Shown here one piece after another: positions 11,408 to 19,616 of a stretch of DNA of 64,000 bases; the stretch's first letter is position 1, and every line of letters begins with the position of its first letter. Location: NCBI GenBank assembly GCA_037445955.1, contig JBBIJM010000004.1, forward strand, positions 5,542 to 69,541. The letters are read 5' to 3'. Made by a program: the position numbers and the translations under genes. Under the pieces are notes generated by a model. That model had not been told where the DNA came from, made no database searches, and saw only the letters and a list, made by a program, of their open reading frames with translations. The DNA comes from Syntrophobacterales bacterium. Its GTDB lineage: Bacteria > Desulfobacterota > Syntrophia > Syntrophales > CAMTWB01.

Positions 11408-12949
11408 CTACACCCTGCCTTCCCCGGACAGTTGAAAGAGCCCCTTGTAAATCGATTCGATCAGTTCCCCCTCCCTTAAGGCCGCCCCCCAGAGCACCGG
11501 CCAGGTCCCCTTCCAGCGCTCCTCCAGAAACCCTTTCAATATCTCGTTCGAATCATCCGGGGCCAGGTTCAGACGATGCAGGACCCCGAGCAGCCGGTAG
11601 ACGCAGAACCCCCCCTGACAGGTCCCCTTGGCCAGCCTAGTCCGGTGGAGGATATCCTGGATGTCCGGAAGTCTCTCTCCCTTAAGTACCCCCTCGATCT
11701 CCTCCCTGGTCACCAGCTCGCATTCACAGAGGATCTCCCCGGCGGCGCCGGCGGCCGCGGCCAGGCCCTTCAACCTCTCTTTCAGGCCGTGCCTGCCTTG
11801 CGCCCCGGGCAGGGGGATCAAATGGGTCGTGGCGGACCCCGCGAGGCCTAACTTCTCCGAGATATGATCGACCACCTTCTCCGCCATGAGCCGGTAGGTG
11901 ATCAGTTTTCCGCCGACGATGGAGACGAGGTTTTCCAGACGATCCCTCTGGCCATGATCGATAAGGGCAAAACCCCGGCTTAAGGACCGGTCTCCGTGAT
12001 CGGCGCCGGTCTGGAGAAGCGGCCTGATCCCCGCATAGGCCCGGGTTATCCTCGTCTCCTTAATCACCGGCAGGAGCCGGGCCAACTCCCGGATCAGAAA
12101 CGAAACCTCCCGGGTGGTGGCCTCGGAATGGTCCGGGTCCTCCGAGCGGATCGAGGTGGTTCCCAGGATAGACACGGTGTCGTTCGGGACGACAATGTCC
12201 CCGTCCCCGGGCGGTCGGAGCCGGTTGATGATCCGGTGGCTGATCCGGCGGTTGGTGATGAGCATCGATCCCTTGGACATGGCCATGGGGATGGAAAGAC
12301 CCGCCGGGCCAAGCAGCCGGTTTGCCCAGGCCCCGGTGGCATTGACCACAAACGAGGCGGAAATCGTATAATCCTCTTTGTCTATCAGGCCCCTGGCCCT
12401 GGCCCCCTTGACCCAGCCGTCTTTCGTCAGGAGTTCGCAGGCCTCGGTATGGGAGAGGCATTTGGCCCCCCGGGCGCAGGCGTCGCGGATATTTTCCATC
12501 ACCAGGGCAAAGGGATCGACGGCCCCGTCGGGAACCGCCACCGCCCCCAGGAGAGAGGGGTTGAGCTCCGGCTCGATCTCCCGGGCCTCGGCCGCGGACA
12601 GGTTCCGGGCCGGGATCCCGGCGGCCAGACATCCCTCCAGGAATCTCTTGTGAAATTCGAGACCGTCTTCCGGCAGGGAAACGAAGAGGCCACCGGTTTC
12701 TTCGAGGCAGTGGGGGGCGATCCGGCGGAGGATGGCGTTTTCCCGGATACATTCCCGGGCGGATTCGGGATCGTTAACCACATAGCGGCCGCCGCTGTGG
12801 AGCAGGCCCTGGTTTCTCCCGGAGGCCCCGGAGGCATAATCCCCCTTCTCGACAAGCACCACCGGGATCCCCCTCAAGGCCAGGTCCCGGGCAATGCCGG
12901 CCCCCGTCGCCCCGCCGCCTATCACAAGCACCTCGGTCTGCAGTTTCAT
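11408..12949 (-). CDS. glpA: anaerobic glycerol-3-phosphate dehydrogenase subunit A (FAD)
   Basis: The N-terminal dinucleotide fold is VLVIGGGATGAG. The C-terminal BFD-like 2Fe-2S segment (CECELVT ... CQGGFC) is typical of anaerobic GlpA. Confidence 0.85.
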   Translation of the reverse strand: MKLQTEVLVIGGGATGAGIARDLALRGIPVVLVEKGDYASGASGRNQGLLHSGGRYVVNDPESARECIRENAILRRIAPHCLEETGGLFVSLPEDGLEFHKRFLEGCLAAGIPARNLSAAEAREIEPELNPSLLGAVAVPDGAVDPFALVMENIRDACARGAKCLSHTEACELLTKDGWVKGARARGLIDKEDYTISASFVVNATGAWANRLLGPAGLSIPMAMSKGSMLITNRRISHRIINRLRPPGDGDIVVPNDTVSILGTTSIRSEDPDHSEATTREVSFLIRELARLLPVIKETRITRAYAGIRPLLQTGADHGDRSLSRGFALIDHGQRDRLENLVSIVGGKLITYRLMAEKVVDHISEKLGLAGSATTHLIPLPGAQGRHGLKERLKGLAAAAGAAGEILCECELVTREEIEGVLKGERLPDIQDILHRTRLAKGTCQGGFCVYRLLGVLHRLNLAPDDSNEILKGFLEERWKGTWPVLWGAALREGELIESIYKGLFQLSGEGRV

Positions 12950-13007
12950 CTGGTCCTTTCTCCTGCCCCGGCCAAGCCCTGATAAATCACGTCCCTGCCC
13001 AGTTGAT

Positions 13008-14246
13008 CTACTCGACGAGGATCATCTTCATAAGTTCGATAGGGGTGGTCTTATAGCGGTCCGCCATTTCCTTGAGGGTTTCTCCTTCCTTCTGGGAGAG
13101 ACCTTTCTCGGCCATTCTCCTTGTAAGGTAATTCAGGTCGAGGTTGTGCTCCCGGGCCAGATCGGCGAGGGTCCTGGCGCCTATACCCTTCCCTTCGAAC
13201 CGGGCCCGCACCGTTTCCTCGGTATAGGCGGGCTTGCTCCCGCCGGCAGCGGCGGGCGTCTCCGGCTTCGCCGCCTGGGGAGAGGGACGGTCGACGGGAG
13301 GGATTCCCTTCGCCCCGGGCCCGGTCTGCATCTCTTTCCGCTTCTCCTCGTAACCAGAGGGCTTTTCGACCAGGCTCATCTGCATAATCTGAATCGGCGT
13401 CGTCTTTACCGGCTGCCGGTCGGCCAGCTGCCGGATCGTCTCATTGTCCCTGGGGACAACGCCCCGGGCAACCAGCCTCTTTGTCATCCCCTCGAGATCG
13501 AGATTGTTCTCCCGGGCTACCTGGGCCAGGGTCTTGGCCCCGATTCCCCTCCCTTCAAACCTCTCCACCACCAGGTCTTCCGTAAAAACCGTCGCCTTCG
13601 GGAGGGCTTTCTCGAACCTCTTGATCTTCATATAGATTTCCATCGGGGAGAGGGAGTTGCGAGCGCCGATGAGCGCCAGGGTATTGTTTGCGTCCTCCAC
13701 GACAACCTGCTCCTTCTTGAGCTCCGCCAGCGCCTCGTCCAGATTCATGCCCAGCCGGGCGGCGAATTTTGCCAGGGAAAGGTCTTCGGCGTGGGCAATG
13801 GGCGGTTCGAATTCCGGAGACGTCACCCAGGAGGCCTTGACCCATCTGTTGAAGGCCATAAATTGGTCGAAGGGGAAGATATTCAGATAGGCGCCGCCTG
13901 TAAAAAACGCAACGACGACAACGGAGATGATCAGCTCCCGGGGGTAATGGAGCCCCCCTTTTACCCTGGCCACGAGATAACCGGTAAAGGCCCGCCAGTT
14001 TAGAATAAGATGGTAAATGCCGATCACCAGAAACAGGAGGCTGAGCACGATATGGATGCTGCCCCATTCCTCCTTCAGGAGGCCGAGGAACCGCCACTCG
14101 GTCCAGGAGGCGATCCTCCCCGGCGGAACGATAAACAGCATGATTCCCGAAAAGGCCACGAGCGCAAAACTAAAGGTCGTGATGAAGGATGTCAGGCTAC
14201 GCTTATGTAACCCTCTGTTTTTTTTATCTTCCGCCTTATCCGTCAT
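13008..14246 (-). CDS. membrane protein: DUF4405-like three-TM N-terminus plus three ~60-aa soluble repeats
   Basis: Hydrophobic helices lie at about aa 20-42, 62-85 (with His65 and His79) and 103-125. Repeats lie at aa 153-212, 227-294 and 347-412, separated by a Pro/Ala-rich linker. The gene ends 58 bp upstream of glpA on the same strand. Confidence 0.6.
   Translation of the reverse strand: MTDKAEDKKNRGLHKRSLTSFITTFSFALVAFSGIMLFIVPPGRIASWTEWRFLGLLKEEWGSIHIVLSLLFLVIGIYHLILNWRAFTGYLVARVKGGLHYPRELIISVVVVAFFTGGAYLNIFPFDQFMAFNRWVKASWVTSPEFEPPIAHAEDLSLAKFAARLGMNLDEALAELKKEQVVVEDANNTLALIGARNSLSPMEIYMKIKRFEKALPKATVFTEDLVVERFEGRGIGAKTLAQVARENNLDLEGMTKRLVARGVVPRDNETIRQLADRQPVKTTPIQIMQMSLVEKPSGYEEKRKEMQTGPGAKGIPPVDRPSPQAAKPETPAAAGGSKPAYTEETVRARFEGKGIGARTLADLAREHNLDLNYLTRRMAEKGLSQKEGETLKEMADRYKTTPIELMKMILVE
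13011..13208 (-). repeat. intragenic repeat copy 3 (RFEGKGIGARTLADLAREHNLDL...TTPIELMKMILVE)
   Basis: Aligns residue by residue with copy 2 and is recognisable at the DNA level. Confidence 0.8.
13365..13568 (-). repeat. intragenic repeat copy 2 (RFEGRGIGAKTLAQVARENNLDL...TTPIQIMQMSLVE)
   Basis: Paralogous to copy 3. A more divergent copy 1 lies at about 13611-13790. Confidence 0.8.
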
Positions 14247-14416
14247 GATGCCCCTCCTTTAACTGCCCATTGATTGCCGGGAGTTCCCCGGATCAATCCC
14301 CGCTTCCCTCCCGCCTTACAGACCGGCTATATAGCACACCGGCTTACGGGAATACAATATCTCTTGACCGGCAGTATCCCCCGCCGTATAGTTCCCTGAA
14401 GCAAAGGAAGACGCCA

Positions 14417-16351
14417 ATGATAAAGGCCGGATACGACCCGAAATTGAAGGTCGGGGTTATCGTCTCAAGCGAGGATCTGATCGGCAAGATAAACCGCCTG
14501 GCAAAATCACGGTGGGACCAGGTGCACACGAGGCTTATCTGCGGTCTCGATGAGGCCGTCCCGGTGGGCCGGGAGATGGAGGCCTCCGGCTGCGACGTCG
14601 TGATCAGCCGGCGGGGAACGGCGGAGATCCTGCGGGAAAAACTTACGATCCCCGTTTTGGCCCTCATGGCCAATCCCCTGGATATCCTCATCAGCATAAG
14701 AAAGGCGGTCATTTTCGGCAAACGGATCCTCATCACCAGTTTCAGAAAGCAAATGACCGGCATGGATATCCTGGAGGAGATATACCAGGTTAGGATCTTC
14801 CAGGGCATATATCATGACAGCCCCAGCTTGAATCAGGTCATCGGCAAGGCCCGGGAAAAGGGGGTGGAAGTGATCATCGGCGGCGGTGTTTCCATGAAAT
14901 TCGCCGACACTTACGGGCTTAAAGGGGTCGAGCTCTACATTTCCGAAGAGGCCGTGGCCTTTGCCGTCGAAGACGCCTTGGCCTTGGCGAGACTGAGGCG
15001 CCAGGAGCAGGAGAAGTCGCGGCGATACCAATGCATCATTGATTCCTCATCCGACGCGATCCTCTCGGTCAATCGGGAAGGCGTCCTCACCACAATGAAC
15101 AGGGCCGCTCGGGATCTCTTGCGGATCCGTGATTGTCAGGAGGAATCTCACCGCCTGATCGATTACCTGCCGGAATCCGATTTCCGGCGGATTTTCCAGA
15201 CAAAACAACCCCTCTTGAACAAATTGGAAAAGGTATCAAACCTTCTCTATCTGGCAAACCATTTCCCGATCAACGTCAATGAAGAGGTGGCCGGGGTGGT
15301 TTCGATCATGAAAAATACCGCAAACGTCATCAAAGACGAAAACGAGGTCCGGAGAAACTTCGCCAAGGGCCTCGTGGCGAGGTTCACCATCGATGACCTG
15401 ATCCATAAAAGCACCGGGATGGCCGAAGCGGTGAGGAAGGCGAAAAGATACGCCCTGTCCGATTCCACCGTCCTGATAACCGGGGAGACGGGCACGGGCA
15501 AGGAGGTCCTGGCCCAGGGCATCCATAACCTAAGCGACCGGTCCAGAGGGCCTTTCGTCTCTCTCAACTGCGCCGCCCTGCCGGAGCAACTTTTGGAAAA
15601 CGAGTTGTTCGGTCATGAAGAGGGGGCCTTCACCGGCTCCCGGAAGGGGGGCAAGATCGGCCTTTTTGAGCTGGCCCATACCGGAACGATCTTTCTTGAC
15701 GAGATCGCCTCAACCCCTCCGGGCGTCCAGGCGACCCTCCTGCGGGTCCTTGAGGAAAAAAAGGTGATGAGGATCGGCAGCGACCGGCTCATTCCCATCG
15801 ACGTCCGGGTGCTGGCCGCCTCCAACAGAGACCTCGCCGCCGAGGTCCGGGCGGGACGATTCCGGGATGATCTCTTCTTCCGGCTGAACGTGCTTTCGAT
15901 CCGGCTTGCCCCCCTGCGGGAGAGGATGGAAGAACTGCCCGTCATCGTCGCCCATTGTGTGAATAAGATAGCCGCCAGGTACAGGATCCCGCCCTTGTCC
16001 CTCCCGGAGGACTGCCTAAGGCGGCTTATGTCCTACGTTTGGCCGGGCAACGTCCGGCAGGTCGAAAACTTCCTGGAAAGACTGATCCTCGCCGCCGACT
16101 CTTTCACCCCCGGGGTCTTCGACGAGCTTTTTGAGGAGATTTGCCAGGTCACCCTGCCTGAGCCGGCCCGGGAGACGTCGGGGAAAAAACATCAGCTCGA
16201 GAGACAGGCCCCGCCCGAGGGCACGAACCTCGAGGAGATCCTGCTTGAGGCCCGGTTCTGCAAAACCAAAGCGGCCGCTTTGCTTGGCATCAGCAGGACC
16301 ACCTTATGGCGCAAACTGAAAAAACACGGGCAGAACCGACCGGACCGATAA
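14417..16351 (+). CDS. sigma-54-dependent transcriptional activator, PrpR-N-type sensor + PAS + AAA+ + Fis HTH
   Basis: ATG at 14417 follows AAGGAAG. The AAA+ core has GETGTGKE (Walker A), ENELFGHEEGAFTGS (GAFTGA-type loop) and FLDEI (Walker B). The C-terminal HTH is LLGISRTTLWRKLKKHG. The N-terminal ~200 aa resemble the propionate-catabolism activator (PrpR_N) domain. Confidence 0.85.
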   Translation: MIKAGYDPKLKVGVIVSSEDLIGKINRLAKSRWDQVHTRLICGLDEAVPVGREMEASGCDVVISRRGTAEILREKLTIPVLALMANPLDILISIRKAVIFGKRILITSFRKQMTGMDILEEIYQVRIFQGIYHDSPSLNQVIGKAREKGVEVIIGGGVSMKFADTYGLKGVELYISEEAVAFAVEDALALARLRRQEQEKSRRYQCIIDSSSDAILSVNREGVLTTMNRAARDLLRIRDCQEESHRLIDYLPESDFRRIFQTKQPLLNKLEKVSNLLYLANHFPINVNEEVAGVVSIMKNTANVIKDENEVRRNFAKGLVARFTIDDLIHKSTGMAEAVRKAKRYALSDSTVLITGETGTGKEVLAQGIHNLSDRSRGPFVSLNCAALPEQLLENELFGHEEGAFTGSRKGGKIGLFELAHTGTIFLDEIASTPPGVQATLLRVLEEKKVMRIGSDRLIPIDVRVLAASNRDLAAEVRAGRFRDDLFFRLNVLSIRLAPLRERMEELPVIVAHCVNKIAARYRIPPLSLPEDCLRRLMSYVWPGNVRQVENFLERLILAADSFTPGVFDELFEEICQVTLPEPARETSGKKHQLERQAPPEGTNLEEILLEARFCKTKAAALLGISRTTLWRKLKKHGQNRPDR

Positions 16352-16363
16352 TGGTGTCAGATA

Positions 16364-16489
16364 ATGGTGTCAGGTCTACACTCTTGACAAGAGTTAAAAA
16401 AAGGGCGGAGGGCGGTGTTTCTTTTTCCTGACTCGACCGCTGATAAATATCAAGAAAATATCGAGTGAATAGTGTAGACCTGACACCAT
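16364..16489. repeat. perfect 19-bp inverted repeat separated by 88 bp
   Basis: ATGGTGTCAGGTCTACACT (16364-16382) is the exact reverse complement of 16471-16489. The left arm is preceded by a tandem 13-bp repeat, ATAATGGTGTCAG x2 (16348-16373), which overlaps the regulator stop codon. Confidence 0.9.
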
Positions 16490-16495
16490 GCTAGG

Positions 16496-16551
16496 TGAAA
16501 CTTATTGTTTCATCTATGAAACTTAATGTTACTCTGAAACTGACTGTTTCA
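16496..16551. promoter_or_regulatory. three tandem 17-bp dyads TGAAAC-N5-GTTTCA (candidate enhancer/UAS for the sigma-54 activator)
   Basis: Site 1 at 16496-16512 is perfect, site 2 at 16517-16533 is TGAAAC-N5-GTTACT, and site 3 at 16535-16551 is perfect. They lie 57-112 bp upstream of the -24/-12 element. Confidence 0.6.
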
Positions 16552-16607
16552 TCGTCGTCTAAAGGTTAATTAGCCGATTTCTCTGGACATTCCTTCCGAC
16601 CGCCTGC

Positions 16608-16623
16608 TGGCACAAAGATCGCA
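16608..16623 (+). promoter_or_regulatory. sigma-54 (-24/-12) promoter
   Basis: TGGCACAAAGATCGCA matches TGGCAC-N5-TTGCW with correctly spaced GG and GC. It sits 54 bp upstream of the first operon ATG and next to a sigma-54 activator gene. Confidence 0.75.
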
Positions 16624-16676
16624 TGGATGACTCAGTTGTCGTCTTCGGCAATTAAACCTTCGCATCAGGTATCGTC

Positions 16677-17810
16677 ATGGCCGGGTACCCGAAAATATTG
16701 CACACCGAAGAGGCGATGCGGGATGGTTTGCAGATCGAAGATAAAGATATTCCCGCCGCCGACAAGATCCTTCTCTTGGACGCCCTGTCCGAAACCGGCC
16801 TCAAGGAAATCGCCGTGGGCTCCTTTGTCTCTCCCCGGTGGACGCCGCAGATGGCCTCGATCGAGGAGGTGGTGAGGGGATTCACCCCCCGGCCCGGGGT
16901 CCGATACACCTATCTGGCTCTAAACGATAAGGGCCGGGAACGGGCCCGGGCCTTCATCCCCCCTTTGTCGCCCCCGGTTGCCGACTATTCGACCAGGGTG
17001 GATATGTGCGATGTCTTCGCCCAGAGAAACAACAACCGGACCCAGCTCAAGCAGATCGAGAGCTGGTCCGGGGTGGTCACTCGGGCGAAGGCCGCAGGCC
17101 TTACCGAAGGCGGCATGGCGCTCAGCAACCCCTGGGGCTCCAACTGGACCGGGGATGTCACCCAGGATGAGCGCCTGGGGATGCTCGAGAGGATGCATCG
17201 GCTCTGGACCGAGGCGGGATTTACCGTAACCAGGATCGGTTTTTTCGACGCCATGAGCTGGAATATGCCCGGCCAGGTGGCCGCACAACTGGCGGTGATC
17301 AAAGAGCGCTGGCCTTCCATCACCGATTTTCAGCTCCACCTTCACAACGGCCGGGGAACGGCCCTCACCTCGGTCTGGGCCGCCCTCGGGGTTCTGGACA
17401 GCGGAGACACCCTGCGGCTCCAGAGCGCAATCGGCGGCATGGGCGGCTGCCCCTATTGCGGAAACGGCCGGGCGGCGATGATGATCCCCACGGAGGATCT
17501 GATGCATCTTCTTGAGGAAACGGGTATTTACACCGGCGTCGATCTTTACCGGCTGGTAGAGGCGGTCTGGCTTGCCGAAAAAATAGTCGGCCATCCCCTC
17601 TCCGGCCATGTCTCCAAGGCCGGGCCGAGGCCGAGGGGAAGGCGCCTCTACCCCCTTGACCTGCCCTGTATCGAGACCCTGGATCAGGCAAAACACTTTA
17701 TCCTAGGCCCCGGGGCCTATGAAGGAGCCCCTTCCCCCTGGCCGGAGCCGATCAGAAGCCACCAGCGGCCGGATTCACAGTTGAAAAAGGAGACAATATG
17801 CAGCGATTAA
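16677..17810 (+). CDS. HMG-CoA-lyase-like (HMGL/DRE-TIM family) lyase with C-terminal extension
   Basis: Motifs MRDGLQIE, HLHNGRGTAL and GGMGGCPYCG correspond to the RDGLQ, HxH and GGCPY motifs of the HMGL family. At 377 aa it is about 70 aa longer than typical members. Confidence 0.7.
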   Translation: MAGYPKILHTEEAMRDGLQIEDKDIPAADKILLLDALSETGLKEIAVGSFVSPRWTPQMASIEEVVRGFTPRPGVRYTYLALNDKGRERARAFIPPLSPPVADYSTRVDMCDVFAQRNNNRTQLKQIESWSGVVTRAKAAGLTEGGMALSNPWGSNWTGDVTQDERLGMLERMHRLWTEAGFTVTRIGFFDAMSWNMPGQVAAQLAVIKERWPSITDFQLHLHNGRGTALTSVWAALGVLDSGDTLRLQSAIGGMGGCPYCGNGRAAMMIPTEDLMHLLEETGIYTGVDLYRLVEAVWLAEKIVGHPLSGHVSKAGPRPRGRRLYPLDLPCIETLDQAKHFILGPGAYEGAPSPWPEPIRSHQRPDSQLKKETICSD

Positions 17811-19591
17811 ACGGCGGACAGATCATCGTCGATTATCTGATCCAGGAGAAGGTTCCCTACCTGTTCGGGCTGTGCGGCCACGGCAACATCAGCTTCCTCG
17901 ATGCCCTCTATGAGAGATCCCGGGAAATCAAGACCGTCTCGGTCCATCATGAATCGGTCTCCGGGTTTATGGCCGACGTGTTCTACCGGGTGTCCGGGAG
18001 GCCGACTGCGACCTTTACCTCCTGCGGGCCGGGCTCGGCAAACCTGCCGATCTGCCTGGCAAACTCCTTCTTCGATTCGGTGCCCTTTCTCGCCGTCACC
18101 GCCAATGTTCCGACGAGCCAGTTCAATCGGGGGGCCTTTCAGGAAACCTACCGCCATTATCAGGCCGACTTCCCCTCGACGGTTAAGGCCTACTGCAAGA
18201 AAGTCTTCCAGCCGACCCGGGCGGACATGGTTCCCCTGGCCATCCGGCAGGCTTGGAAAACCATGGTGACCGGACGCCCCGGCCCGGTAGTCCTCGATGT
18301 TCCCTTCGACATCTTCAAGGAGGAAACGGACCTGGAAATGCCCCAGGCCGCCCTGTGGAACGGCAATATCAGCTGCCGCGCCGGCGCCGACCCGGAAGGG
18401 GTCGTCAAGGCGGTAGATATGCTGCTTCAGGCGGAAAAACCCGTTATCCTGGTAGGCCAGGGGGTAAAGTACGCCCAGGCAACCGGAGAGCTCCTCGCCC
18501 TGGCGGAGCGGCTGAAGATCCCCGTCGCCTCTTCCGCAAGCGGCATGGGGGCTCTCGACGCAAGGCATCCGCTCGCCCTGGGCCTGGTGGCCAGAAACGG
18601 AACCTATCAGGCCAACCACGCCGCCCGTCAGGCGGACGTGCTGCTGGCTTTGGGGGTAAGATTTGACGACCGGACCTCAAGCAGTTGGATTCCCGGCTAC
18701 TCTTTTTCCATACCTCCCACCCGGCTTATCCACGTGGACATAGACCCCGAGGAGATCGCAAGAAACTACCCTGTTGCCCTGGGGCTGATGGCCGACGTCA
18801 AGACCTTTCTCAGACAGTTACTGGCGGAGCTCGACCGGCGGAAACTCGCGGCGGAGATTCCGCCGGGCCGGGCTGACTGGCTTGCGGCGATAGACGGCTA
18901 CCGGAGAGAGTGGGAGGCCTTTATCGCCCCGGGGTTCCGGACGGACACAACCCCGATCCACCCCCAGCGGGCGGCCTGGGAGATCGACCGGGTCCTCCCG
19001 GAAGAGGCGATCCTGGTTAGCGACATCGGCGTCCACCACAACTGGCTGATCCAGTTCTGCCGGCCGAGACGCCAGGACTCCCTAATAGGCTCCATGGGGT
19101 TCGGCCCGATGGGCTTCGGGGTAGCCGGGGTGCTTGGGGCGAAACTCGCCGCCCCGGACCGCCCCTGCGTCTCGGTATGCGGAGACGGGGCCTTCTTCAT
19201 GCACGCAAGCGTCCTGGGCACGGCCTTCGAGTACGACATCCCGGTGGTGTGGGTGGTGTGGAACAACTACGCCTACGCCTCTATCCGGGGTCTCCAGCGG
19301 GGCTATTTAGAGGGCCGGGAACTTGCCACCGACTTCCGCCATCCGGCGACCGGCGAGCCCTACAATCCGGATTTCGCCGCGATGGCCCGCTGTGCCGGTA
19401 TCGACGGGGTAAGGGTGGATACGGCCAAAGACTTAGGCGAGGCGATCGAGCAGGCCGTCAAAGCGGGCAGGCCCTGTCTGATCGACGCCGACATCGCAGG
19501 CGAGATGAATCCGGCGGGCGCGGGGGTCTGGGAGTTGCCCGGCCTCGGCCATGGCCGGCCGGCGATTGGCGTCCGTTACGACGGCAGGTAA
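17798..19591 (+). CDS. thiamine-diphosphate-dependent enzyme (acetolactate synthase / IolD-like family)
   Basis: 597 aa with the three-domain ThDP layout. The N-terminal PYR domain carries HESVSGFMADVFYR, and the C-terminal ThDP motif is GDGAFFM...NN. A good RBS (AAAGGAG) precedes the ATG at 17798. Confidence 0.75.
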   Translation: MQRLNGGQIIVDYLIQEKVPYLFGLCGHGNISFLDALYERSREIKTVSVHHESVSGFMADVFYRVSGRPTATFTSCGPGSANLPICLANSFFDSVPFLAVTANVPTSQFNRGAFQETYRHYQADFPSTVKAYCKKVFQPTRADMVPLAIRQAWKTMVTGRPGPVVLDVPFDIFKEETDLEMPQAALWNGNISCRAGADPEGVVKAVDMLLQAEKPVILVGQGVKYAQATGELLALAERLKIPVASSASGMGALDARHPLALGLVARNGTYQANHAARQADVLLALGVRFDDRTSSSWIPGYSFSIPPTRLIHVDIDPEEIARNYPVALGLMADVKTFLRQLLAELDRRKLAAEIPPGRADWLAAIDGYRREWEAFIAPGFRTDTTPIHPQRAAWEIDRVLPEEAILVSDIGVHHNWLIQFCRPRRQDSLIGSMGFGPMGFGVAGVLGAKLAAPDRPCVSVCGDGAFFMHASVLGTAFEYDIPVVWVVWNNYAYASIRGLQRGYLEGRELATDFRHPATGEPYNPDFAAMARCAGIDGVRVDTAKDLGEAIEQAVKAGRPCLIDADIAGEMNPAGAGVWELPGLGHGRPAIGVRYDGR

Positions 19592-19616
19592 TTTCGAAGG
19601 GAAACAGGAGGATCAA

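Noticed and set aside
12894-14003. 369-aa ORF antisense to the DUF4405-repeat gene
   Set aside because: It has the same shadow-ORF composition (Pro/Gly/Arg/Leu runs), no RBS or recognisable motif, and the opposite strand carries a coherent TM + repeat architecture.
16351-16431. 26-aa mini-ORF (MVSDNGVRSTLLTRVKKRAEGGVSFS) starting at the regulator stop, and a 31-aa minus-strand counterpart
   Set aside because: Both are by-products of the inverted repeat (each starts ATGGTGTCA) and have no RBS or conservation evidence.
16364-16489. The 19-bp terminal inverted repeats interpreted as a 126-bp MITE
   Set aside because: No target-site duplication flanks both ends, because the 13-bp duplication is tandem on one side only. 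I see no second copy in the window. I kept it as an unexplained structure rather than calling it a mobile element.
16496-16551. TGAAAC/GTTTCA dyads considered as degenerate parS sites
   Set aside because: The half-sites are in the opposite arrangement (TGAAAC-N5-GTTTCA versus GTTTCAC-GTGAAAC). They also sit in tandem just upstream of a sigma-54 promoter, which fits an enhancer better.
18726-18734. TTATCCACG, an 8/9 DnaA-box match
   Set aside because: It is an isolated site inside the ThDP enzyme coding region, 38 kb from dnaA. It is expected by chance.
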